Both the position numbers and the translations under genes were made by a program. This document shows positions 36,067 to 47,390 of a stretch of DNA of 64,000 bases, in pieces. The DNA is from Heptranchias perlo (Eukaryota), in NCBI RefSeq assembly GCF_035084215.1, contig NC_090336.1, forward strand, positions 22,444,001-22,508,000, given 5' to 3'. Under the pieces are notes generated by a model. The model worked only from the letters and a program-made list of their open reading frames with translations, was not told the origin of the DNA and ran no database searches. How positions within the stretch are numbered: the stretch's first letter is position 1; each line of letters starts with the position of its first letter.

Positions 36067-37086
36067 ACATTCTTGTAGCTCTTTCAAAGAGCCAGCATGT
36101 GCACGTTGGCCTCCTTCTGTGCTCTTAAGATTCTCTGATTCTACAAATGTGAAGCATTTCCTTACGTTGCAACAGTGACTACACTTCAAAAGTAATTCAT
36201 TGGCTCTGAAGTACTTTAGGATATCCAGAGCTTGTGAAAGGCACTGTATCAATGCAAGTTTGTTTGTTTCTTTCTAATTTTTGTTGGAATGTATGGGGTG
36301 GGAGAGGTAGTTTTCTTTGTGGGTTGCCTTATACGTGAGTAAATATGGTAATTGGATTACATGCGGGATGATCCTTCGATGCTGGCTGTTCTGTGTCATT
36401 TTATTAGTCCTTTTGTGGGTACTGGCGTACACTGCATATTGCCTCTTTGCGGGATGAAAGAATTTGGCCAATATCGTACCCATATAGTCCGTACAGTCGT
36501 TGAAAGAAAGAACCAGAGACAACAGCTGCTTTTTCTGGCTGTTACATACACCCAAGACCTCTGTCGGGATCCAGGAGCCGGGACTGTACTAGAAACGGGT
36601 AATTGATTATTCATGGTAGTAAGTTTGGAATTGTCCCCATAACCAGTGAACTAAATTGGTGGTTACCACACTTTTTAGTAGTCTTTGCACATAGGTCTTG
36701 AATTCAATCGTGCAGACCCCTTATCTGCCCCATTGATTACTGGGTAAAGGCATCATAGGATATGGTATGGAGCGATACAACTGGAGTTCCCGCTCTGTAC
36801 TAAATTAGCTCATCTTGGGGTAGCATTTGGGGTACTATGATGTAGGCATGTTATATTTGCCCCATTGATTGACATCAGTAATCGTCTACCCATGGGGTGG
36901 GGGGGGGGGGGGGGTTGGCGGTGGTGGATTTGTTACGATGCTTAGATCCCCATATGTTGTTTTATGTGCAAATTATTTTTATTCCATGGCTGAAATGCAT
37001 CTTTGTGTTCCAGGTTATTGGACAGACCATGAGTTTGGATTGCTGTACAACTGATTCTCTGTTACTGACACTGACTTGACAGGGGA

Positions 37087-37214
37087 ATGCTCCAGACGTC
37101 AAACTACAGCCTTGTGCTGTCAATACAATTCCTCTTGATGATCTACGATCTGGTAGCGAATTCCTTCTCTGAGCTTATGTTCACGGAACCAGTCATCCCA
37201 CTGATAATATTCAT
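37087..37214 (+). CDS. TMEM138: Transmembrane protein 138 (ciliary, Joubert syndrome gene), coding exon 1
   Basis: [42 protein letters not shown](I); 128 nt then |GTGAGT; exon acceptor ttccag| at 37013. Confidence 0.95.
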
Positions 37215-38149
37215 GTGAGTGTATGTGTGAATGCGTGCAGTTAGTTATATTGAGACTAATAGATGGCTGGGATTTTTTAACAGATATCGTGAGAGGGGCG
37301 CGGGGATGGGGGGGGGGGGGGGGTGTAAGGTGACCCTGATTATACTACATTCTCTTCCTTTTTTCTCATTACACCGTGTTGAAATTGACACTCATTGCAT
37401 CATCTCCGACTCCCCCTTTTAAGTTCCCAGAATCTCAAAACAGTGGAACTCCTCACCTCCTTCAGTCTTCCCTTCCTCCTATAGTCGACAGGTTTTTAAA
37501 GCCCAAGCTTGGTATCACCGACACGCTACTACTTGTTTTTCCTCATACATTTTTAGGGCTTCACCAGATATTTCTCTTGTGCTAAGTGCTGAAGACCTGT
37601 GTGTAAGCGAGCCCTTTCTCCCTATGAACCAGAATGTGACTTTATTAGACAATATCTGGCCATGTCGTATTGCCTATAGGTTGAACAGAAATACTTGTTA
37701 CTGTAGTTAGTTCATTGAATTGACACAAGCACACTCATGTTCTCCTAGCCTTTGGATTGGGGAAGGATAAACAAACTGTTGGATGTGCGACTTAGGCTAT
37801 GAGCTAAAAATGATCTATTTTAAACATTAAAAAGTAGATAGTAGAAAATCAATACAGCAGATTTCACATGATTACAGAACTTTTAACTTCTAGCTAGTAC
37901 AAAAAAAATAAAAGCACAAGACATTCTCTAACTCTTGGTAACATTAAATGTAGACCAGTTTCTGGAACTTATATTTATGGTTTCATCTACTAGTACAGTC
38001 TGCAGCCTCGATTATAGATAGGTTAAGAGGAACTGGTGGAAAGCGAATACAATCTGAGATACACCTTGCGTACCCTTTGACGTTCAACCTGGAATGTAGG
38101 AACTCAAAAGTTATCCACCACAGTTGAACAAAGCTTACAAAACAATATA

Positions 38150-39125
38150 ATGAGTACAGCTCCAACAACACTCAAGAAGCTCGACCCCATCCAGGACAAA
38201 GCAGCCCGCTTGATTGGCACCCCATCCACCACCCTAAACATTCACTCCCTTTACCACCAACGCACTGTGGCTGCAGTGTGTACCATCCACAAGATAGGCA
38301 GAAGTTATGCTGCAGCTATACAAAACCCTGGTTAGGCTGCACCTGGAGTACTGTGAGCAGTTCTGGGCACCGCACCTTCGGAAGGACATATTGGCCTTGG
38401 AGGGAGTGCAGCGTAGGTTTACTAGAATGATACGGGGACTTCAAGGGTTAAGTTACGAGGAGAGATTACACAAATTGGGGTTGTATTCTCTGAAGTTTAG
38501 AAGGTTAAGGGGTGATCTGATCGAAGTTTCTAAGATATTAAGGGGAACAGATAGGGTGGATAGAGAGAAACTATTTCCGCTGGTTGGGGATTCTAGGAGT
38601 AGGGGGCACAGTCTAAAAATTAGAGCCAGACCTTTCAGGAGTGAGATTAGAAAACATTTCTACACACTGAGAGTGGTAGAAGTTTGGAACTCTCTTCTGC
38701 AAACGGCAATTGATACTAGCTCAATTGCTAAATTTAAATCTGAGATAGATAGCTTTTTGGCAACCAAAGGTATTAAGGGATATGGGCCAAAGGCAGGTAT
38801 ACGGAGTTCGATCACAGATCAGCCATGATCTTATCAAATGGCGGAGCAGGCACGAGGGGCTGAATGGCCTACTTCTGTTCCTGTGTTCCCTCCAAGTCAC
38901 ACACCATCCCGACTTAGAAATATATCGCCATTCCTTCATCGTCGCTGGGTCAAAATCCTGGAACTCCCTACCTAACAGCACTGTGGGAGAACCTTCACCA
39001 CATGGACTGCAGCGGTTCAAGAAGGCGGGTCACCACCACCTTCTCAAGGGCAATTAGGGATGGGCAATAAATGCTGGCCTTGCCAATGATGCCCACATCC
39101 CATGAATGAATAAAGAAGAAAAAAA
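38150..39125 (+). mobile_element. Chimeric family-B LINE / CR1 / family-B LINE
   Basis: 38150-38293 family B, 38294-38885 CR1 3' end (ORF 38307-38828), 38886-39125 family-B 3' end (HHHLLKGN*). Confidence 0.8.
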
Positions 39126-39209
39126 ATAATTTCCTGAACTTCAACTCAATGAGAGATCCAAATTCAATTACGTTTATTACCAAACCTTTAACTTTCATCG
39201 TGTTGTCAT

Positions 39210-40292
39210 AGGTACAGCTCAGGTGGAGGCCATTTGGCCCATCGTGCCTGTGCCGGCTCTTTGAAAGAGCTATCCAATTAGTCCCATTCCGCTACTCTTT
39301 CCCCATAGCTCTGTAAATTTTTTCCCCTTGAAGTATTTATCTAATTTCCTTTTCAAAGTTACTATTGAATCTGCTTCCACCACCCTTTCACTCAGTCTAT
39401 TCCAGATCATTACAACTCGCTGTATTTAAAAAAAATGATTTCTCATGTCGCCTCTGGCTCTTTTGCCAATTACCTTAAATCTGTGTCCTCTGGTTACCGA
39501 CCCCTCTGCCACTGGAAACAGTTTCTCCTAATTTACTCTCTCAAAACCCTTCATGATCTTGAACACCTCTATCAAATCTCCCTTTAACCTTCTTTGTTCT
39601 AAGAACAACCACCTCAGCTTCCCCAGTCTCTCCACATAACTGAAGTCCCTCATCCCTGGTACCATTCTAGTAAATTTCTTCTGCACCCTCTCTAACGCCT
39701 TGACATCCTTCCTAAAGTGTGGTGTCCAGAATTGAACACGGTTCTCCTACTGAGGCCTAACCAGTGTTTTATAAAGGTTTAGCATAACTTCCTTTCTTTT
39801 GTATTCTATGCCTCTATTAATAAAGCCAGGATCCCATATGCTTTTTTTTAACAGCCTTCTCAACTTGTCCTGCCCCCTTCAAAGATTTGTGTGTGTACAC
39901 CCTCGGGTCTCTCTGTTCCTGCACCTTTAAAATTATACCATTTAGTTTATATTGCCTCTCCTCATTCTTCCTACCAAAATGCATCACTTCACACTTCTCT
40001 GTTAAATTTCATCTGCCATGTTGTCTGTCCATTTCACCAGTCTGTCTACGTCCACCTGAAGTCTGTTACTATCATCCACATTGTTTATTCTAAATTTTTG
40101 AGTTTCGTGTCATCTGAAACGTTTGAAATTGTACCCTCTATACCCAAGTCCAGGTCATTAATATATATCAAAAAGAGCAGTGGTCCTAATGCTGAGCCCT
40201 GGGGAACATCTCTGTATACTTTCCTCCAGTCTGAAAAACAATCATTCACCACTACTCTCTGCTTTCTGTCCTCTAGCCAATTTTGTATCCAA
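39210..40292 (-). mobile_element. CR1 3' fragment
   Basis: Reverse strand shows [11 protein letters not shown] and C-terminal CR1 motifs and the 3' hairpin region. Confidence 0.85.
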
Positions 40293-41651
40293 GCAACTTT
40301 AATTGATTATTTTCAGAACAAAGCAAGCCATCTGTGATAAGTGGTTTCTACCTGCTTTGCAATCAAAGTGTATAAACATATTAAAATACATGTCTCATTG
40401 AATCACAGTGTAGCTGTGGCAACTGTGGAACCAATTTTCCCCATAATGGAATTTGTAACCACACATGAAGTATATGGGTTCTATCCCAACCTATAGATAC
40501 TAAGCCTGCACTAAAACGAATTTTAAACTATCTGTTATTTCTCATAAGTAGTCAAGAAAGCTACATAGACTTTCTTGTGCTTTTAAATGTGATAGAGCTC
40601 CCTCTCAACTATACTCTTGTTTGATAGTGCCCTGCCCTACGGACCTTCACCTAGGCTTTTCAATTGTTAAAAATGTACTAAGGTGCAAAGGAACCTCCTG
40701 ATGGCCAATAAGTAGAAGATATACCAACAGCTGTGGAAAACAGATCTACGGTTAGGCCACATTTTCCTCCCAACCAAAAGAATCTGGATAGGGGCAAACA
40801 GCTGTGTAGTGAAAGATTGAAGGAAAAAATTGTGGGAATCTTCAGGTCTTTCAACTAAAAAAAACCTTGTTCTCCTCCAGGACCTCCACTTGCCTTGTGG
40901 ATAGAGGTAGTATTAGGCTTTACAAATCAGAATTATTATATTCTTATGACTTGAGAGGAGCTGCCTAGCTACATACAGGTTGATGCTACTCTTTTCACAA
41001 GCTTAAATTTGATTTATTTGTCAATCTCTTTTGGTAATCTGTAGTTTAGAAAATGTATTGAAATTTAGTTACATTTCTACAGTTTGTTTGCTTTCTTTCT
41101 CCCCTTCTCTCCTAAAGGCATAATTCATTTGGGATAATGTTCCATGGGAAGTGACATACCTCGTCCAAGTGGCCATGTGTCTTGTGTGAGCCTAGACGAT
41201 GAATTGATGAATGTCATCAGATTATTCAATCAGAGAAGGCATCACGGTCAACTCCAATCTTATTTGTACCTGCAGGTACCTTCCAGTCAGGATAACTGGA
41301 CAGTCATCAGGAGCCCTGGTTGATTTCTCCACCCCCCCCCCCCCCCCCCCCCCGGCGTCTGGTGGCAGTGAGACCAATTATAGCACCTTGGCTATCAACC
41401 TAGCTGAGATCAACACAGACCAGGGATCTAACCTGGGACCTTCTGCTCCGTATGGCTGAATAACACACAGGCACTGCAATTACCTAGTTGATTGCTTTCA
41501 AAGACTGTAATTGCTGAATTGCATTTAACGGAGCAATATGTGTTAATTGGCATTGTTACTGTAGAATTGCAATAATTAGTCTGGGAACTTTTTTTAAAGA
41601 AATCTAAACTTGTGTATCTTCCCCCCCCCCCCCACCACCCCCTCTCTTCAG

Positions 41652-41823
41652 TATTCAGGACATTGGAATCCTCTTCAATATCATCATCATCTTCCTTATG
41701 TTTTTCAACACATTCATCTTTCAAGCTGGGTTGGTCAAATTGCTGATTCACAGGTTTACAGGAACCATTGTTGTCTCTGGTGTCTACTTTCTTCTGAGTG
41801 TCAGCTTTCATGTTTGGACTCTG
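41652..41823 (+). CDS. TMEM138: TMEM138 coding exon 2
   Basis: [57 protein letters not shown]; 172 nt; ttcag| and |GTAAG. Confidence 0.95.
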
Positions 41824-43689
41824 GTAAGCAAGCTTTAAACAAAGGAAGAAATCACAGATATTGCATTTTTGAGTGTGTAACTACACTTAAAGCAATTCAC
41901 ATGCAATGAATTACTTGTGTGATATTTGAGAGGTGATCTGCTATATGAATGTAATCTTTCTTTCAAATTTTTCTTGGAGGGGGAGAATCTGTAATTATAG
42001 GTTTTTAGCTGAATATGGTAAATTTTTGGCTAATAGTGAGGATAGCAAAATGAGTAAGTCCTTAATTAAAACAGAAAAATTGGAAATACAGGGTAAGTTA
42101 ACATCTAAACAGGAAACACAAGTACGTGATGAGTTAGCTGAGGTCAACCAGGGTGGTGCTGCAGTTGGCCTCAGTGCCCTTGACAAGGGAGAGGAAAATT
42201 AGCCAGCGTTCTTACTATTTAATAACCCCTCCAAGATGTGTGCAGGTCAGGCATTGCTATGATGCTGTCCTCCAATAGTCTGCCAACACTAGGCAGGTAC
42301 AAGAGTCAGCATCTTCAAAAGTGAAAAGAATATGATTTTCCTCGGGTTTGTCTAAGGGGGGGAAAAATATTTTCTCACTTTATCTTTTGCTCTGATCACT
42401 AATATCTGTCATTGAAAGGGCAGGTGGGCAACCTGCTCTCAACCCAATTAGTACTGGTTGTAGCTGGTTGCTAGAAGGTGTTTGAAAACAGATTATTATT
42501 TTGTCCTCCCCCCCCCCCCCCCCCCCGTAAGTCCTTGGCTTCTGCTTCCCCACACAGCATGACTGTGATTTGGAAGTTCTGATGCAAGATTTTTTTTTTC
42601 CTGCCAATTTTTTAACCTCCCCTCTTCTGAATGTGTAGACTCCTTGCTTGGTTATGGTTCCATGGGATCTGGATACCCTCTGGTTCAGATGAGATCTGAG
42701 ACAGTGAATGATGGCAGGCTATCCTGTCATGTCGGAAATCATGCTGATCCCAATCCCATCTTCACTCAACTCTACAAAAATGTACTTCCATCAGTGGTTG
42801 CTAGATGGCAGTCATAAGCAGAAACATGATTTATTTTCTCCTCCCTAGCCATTTGCAGTGCCTCTACTGGTGCACTAGCTGAGATCAGCTAACTTAGCAT
42901 AGGCTGTGGGTTCAAAGCTGGGACATTCCTAATCTGAATGGCTCAGCTATTCACTGAATAAACTTGCTGAGATATTAGGGAAGCTATGTCTTTATTTATT
43001 GAGAAACTCCGATGAAGGGCCAAGGCCCATAGCGCAGGACACCACCAATGTTGAAAAGAGTCAGACAGACAATGAGGTAAAGTTGTGATTAGATGACGGC
43101 ATGCTTTGGTTTTAAATGCTTTTAGATTATAGGAGGGAGGGAAGATTAAGGAGTTTCACAATTTTGAAGTTCAGGTAAAGGATTAGGGGTAATGCAATGA
43201 GTTTATTTCAACAGAGTGAGGATGTAGGAAAGAGGACAAACGTGTACAATGGATTATTTTATGTTTAGGAAGAACAAGAAAGGAAAGTTCAGAGGAGCAT
43301 TAACCATAATAGTATCAATAAAATGGAGCAAGACAATGCACTACACAATAATAGTGTAAAGCGTATTTGCTTAGGTTATTTAAGTTTTTTTTATATCTAG
43401 GGGAATTTGTTGCAATGGTTTGGCAGTTCATTATGAGATATGTCCCGATGGTTTGAATGCTTGAGGTTAGTCTGGCTTTTTGCAGCCACTGATTCTGTGG
43501 GAACTCTGATACTGTTGATTAGTGCAGGATAAAGAAGGTGCCATGCATTTCACATGTAATTTATAGTAAGCCCATGCTGCATAGAGACAAACGTAGAGGA
43601 CAAAGTACAGCAAATGAAGGGAGAAACAAAGGGAGTGAGAAGAGGAGAGCAGAGAGCCAGGTTATGGAAACATGGGAGGCAAATACCGA

Positions 43690-45595
43690 GAATAGAATCA
43701 TGGAAAGGTTACAGCACAGAAGGAGGCCATTCGCCCATTGTGTCCGTACCAGCTCTATGCAAGAGTAATCCAGCTAGTCCCACTCCCCTGCCCTATCCCC
43801 GTAGCCCTGCAAGTTTTTTCCTTTCAAGTACTTATCCAGGTCCCTTTCGAAAGCCACAATTGAATTTGCCTCAACCACCCACTCTGTCAGTGCATTCCAG
43901 ATCCTAACCACTTGCTGTGTTTTTTTAAAAAAAAGTTTTTCCTCATGTCACCTTTGGTTCTTTTGGAAATCACCTTCAATCTATGTCCTCTGGTTCTTGA
44001 TCCTTCCACCAATGGGAACAGTTTCTCTCTCTCTATTCTGTCTAGACCCTTCATGATTTTGAATACCTCCATCAAATCTCCTCTCAAACTTCTCTGTTCC
44101 AAGGAGAACAACCCCAGCTTCTCCAGTCTATTCATGTAACTAAAGTCCCTCATCCCTGGAATCATTTTAGTAAATCTCTTCTGCACCCTCTCTAAGACCT
44201 TCACATCTTTCCTAAAGTGCGGTGCCCAGAACTGGACATAGTATTCCAGTTGTAGTCGAACCAGAGTTTTATAAAGGTTCATCATGACTTCCTTGCTTTT
44301 ATAAAGCCCAGGGTCCTGTATGCTTTTTTTAACTGCTTTTCATACCTGCCCTGCCACCTTTAATGATTTGTGCATGAACACCACCAGAACTCTCTGTTCC
44401 TGTACCCCTTTTAGAATTGTGCCCTCTAGTTTATATTGCCTCTCCTCACATTTCAGTAGGAAAAACATCACTTCGCATTTTTCTGCGTTAAATTTCATCT
44501 GCCACGTGTCCGCCCATTTCACCAGCCTGTCTGTATCCTCTTGAAGTCTATCACTGTCCTCCTCACTGTTCACTACACTTCCAAGTTTTTTCAGCTGCAA
44601 ATTTTGAAATTGTGCCCTGTGCACCCAATTCCAAGTCATTAATATATATCAAGAAAAGCAGTGATCCTAGTACTGATCCCTGGGGAACACCACTGTACAC
44701 CTCCTTCCAGTCCGAAAAACAACTGTTCACCACTACTCTCTGCTTCCTGTTACTTAGCTAATTTTGTATCCATGCTGCTACTGCCTCCTTTATTCCACAG
44801 GCTTCAATCTTGATGACAAGCCTATTATGCGGCACTTTATCAAATGCCTTTTGAAAGTCCATATACACCACATCAACTGCATTGCCCTCATCAACCCTCT
44901 CTATTACCTCATCAAAAAATGTAATCCAGTTAGTTAAACACGATTTGCCTTTAACAAATCTGTGCTGGCTTTCCCTAATCAATCCACACTCGTCCAAGTG
45001 ACTGTTAATTCTGTTCCGGATGATCATTTCTAAATGTTTCCCTACCACTGAGGTTAAACTGACTGGCCTATAGTTGCTGGGTTTATCCGTACACCCTTTT
45101 TAAAGGCAAATTGTGTTTAACTAACTTGATTACATTTTTTGATGAGGTAATAGAGAGGGTTGATGAGGGCAATGCAGTTGATGCGGTGCATATGGACTTT
45201 CAAAAGGCATTTGATAAAGTGCCGCATAATAGGCTTGTCATCAAGATTGACGCCCGTGGAATAAAGGAGGCAGTAGCAGCATAGATACAGAATTAGCTAA
45301 GTAACAAGAAGCAGAGAGTAGTGGTGAATAGTGTAACATTTGCACTTCTCCAGTCCTCTGGCACCACCCCCGTATCTTAGGATGTTTGGAAGATTATGGC
45401 CAGTACCCCCGCAATTTCCACCCTTACTTCGCTCAGCAACCTAGGATGCATCTCATCCGGACCGGGTGACTTATCTACTTTAAGTACAGCTAGCCTTTCT
45501 AGTACCTCCTCCATCAATTTTTAGCCCATCCAGTATCTCAACTATATCTTCCTTTTACTGAGACTCTGGCAGCATCTTCTTCGTTGGTGAAGAGA
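43690..45595 (-). mobile_element. CR1 (RT to 3' end) containing an internal inverted duplication
   Basis: ORFs 44758-45048, 44340-44639 and 43887-44285; 45100-45331 is an inverted copy of 44723-44954. Confidence 0.88.
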
Positions 45596-46134
45596 AGGAG
45601 GGAATTAAGAGAGACAGAGAATGTGAGAGTGGACAAGAGAGAATGATAGAGTCATGGACAGATCCAGCTTTTGGGAATGAGAGGGAAGAAAAGAGAGAGA
45701 CTGGGAGTAGAGCTTACAGCTCATCCATGAGGATCCTGAATCATCTGTTCTGGCTTCTTATTCCTGATACTGCATTTTAGTAACTTGCTGCATCTTAACC
45801 ACATCTATTTATTATTCTACTTGTAAATAAATCTGACAATTAGTTTTAACCTATCCTCATTGATCAAATAAGGTTTGTGCTACCTTTCAGAGAAGATTGG
45901 AAAACATGGTGGGCATCCCACACCATCTCCATTGGGCAGTATCAGAATAAAAGGACAATTGTTGATCTTGGGCATGCTATTTTATACATGATATGTGTGA
46001 GGTGCGGCTTCGGTTCATAGGAAACATAGTTTGCTTTGAACGTCAGATTTAGTTTTGGGATTAAGCCTGAGCAGCAGCAGCTGCATTGGGGCTCTGTTTA
46101 AGAATCACAAATGTTGGCAACACTCATGTTCTCT

Positions 46135-46790
46135 GGTATCCATCACAAAGGCCGCCTACTTTCACCTCTATCATCGCCCGTCTCTGCCCCTGCCTCAGTT
46201 CACTGCTGCTGAAACCCTCATCCATGCCTTTGCTACCTCTAGACTTGACTATTCCAATGCTCTCCTGGCCGGCCTCCCATCTTCCACCCTCCATAAACTT
46301 GAGCTCATCCAAAATTCTGCTGCCCGTATCCTAACTCGCACTGTCCCGTTCTCCCATCACCCCTGTACCCTGACCTACATTGGCTCCCAGTCCAGGAACG
46401 CCTCGATTTTTAAAATTCTCATCCTTGTTTTCAAATCCCTCCATGACCACTCCCCTCCCTACCTCTGTAACCTCCTCTAGCCCAACAACCCTCTGAGATC
46501 TCTGTGGTGCTCCAATTCTTGCCCGACGCGCTTTGCTGATTTTAATCGCTCCACCATTGGCAGCCTTCAGCTGCCTAGGCCCTAAGCTCTGGAATTCCTT
46601 CCCTAAACCTCCCCACCTCTCTACCTCTCTCTCCTTTAAAACGCTCCTTAAAACCGATCTCTGATCAAGCTTTTGGTGACCTGTCTTAACATAGCTCGAT
46701 GTCAATTTTGTTTGATAATGCTCCTGTGAGGTGCCTTGGGACATTTTACTACATTAAAGGTGCTATATAAATGCAAGTTGTTGTTATCCA
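46135..46790 (+). mobile_element. L2 LINE 3' fragment
   Basis: AAETLIHAFATSRLDYSNALLAGLP...LELIQNSAARIL; tail ggtgctatataaatgcaagttgttgtt. Confidence 0.85.
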
Positions 46791-46996
46791 TGAGATGAGC
46801 TAGAAGGTCAAAGGGATTTGGCTTGCTTATACTGGTAATCCTATTAGGTGATACGTAGGTGTCATGTTGCTAAAAGCATTTCTAAACCTGTTTGCATGTC
46901 GTCAAAAACGGCTGTGGGTGTTGCTATAAATATTTTCCCTGAGCTCCTTAATCTTATTCACCTTCATTGTGCACTTTTAATTCCTATTTTTATCAG

Positions 46997-47072
46997 AATC
47001 TGCGATGGTTGCAAATACAGAGTTACTTGTGGACAAATGGACTTCAAGCACTTTTCGTCTTCCAACGGTTTG
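46997..47072 (+). CDS. TMEM138: TMEM138 coding exon 3
   Basis: NLRWLQIQSYLWTNGLQALFVFQRF; 76 nt; tatcag| and |GTAAG. Confidence 0.95.
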
Positions 47073-47390
47073 GTAAGAGAGCTGTCAATACTATTCTAAT
47101 GTTTTCAATATTGCCTATTTTTTAAATAATCTTTTCCTGAAGCTGCTGACTTTTGCTGAGGTAAGATTCTTTAGGCGCCATTCACCTGTGAACGTTCTTC
47201 ATCCAGACAGTGACTTTCAACAAGTCCCACTCTCACCTCAGGTGGATCATTGTTGAATCTGACCTTGTTCTCACCCAAAGTCTGCATACACACTCTCTTT
47301 CCAACAGGTCAAAGAGGTTCCCAGATCGTATTTGGCCCATAGGCTACATTTTGGACATCAATGATGTACTTAACACTGGTTGGTTAACAC

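Noticed and set aside
41332-41353. Long C/G homopolymers (also about 36900, 37310, 42510, 58590)
   Set aside because: Simple mononucleotide runs whose lengths are unreliable in assemblies; no specific function is supportable.
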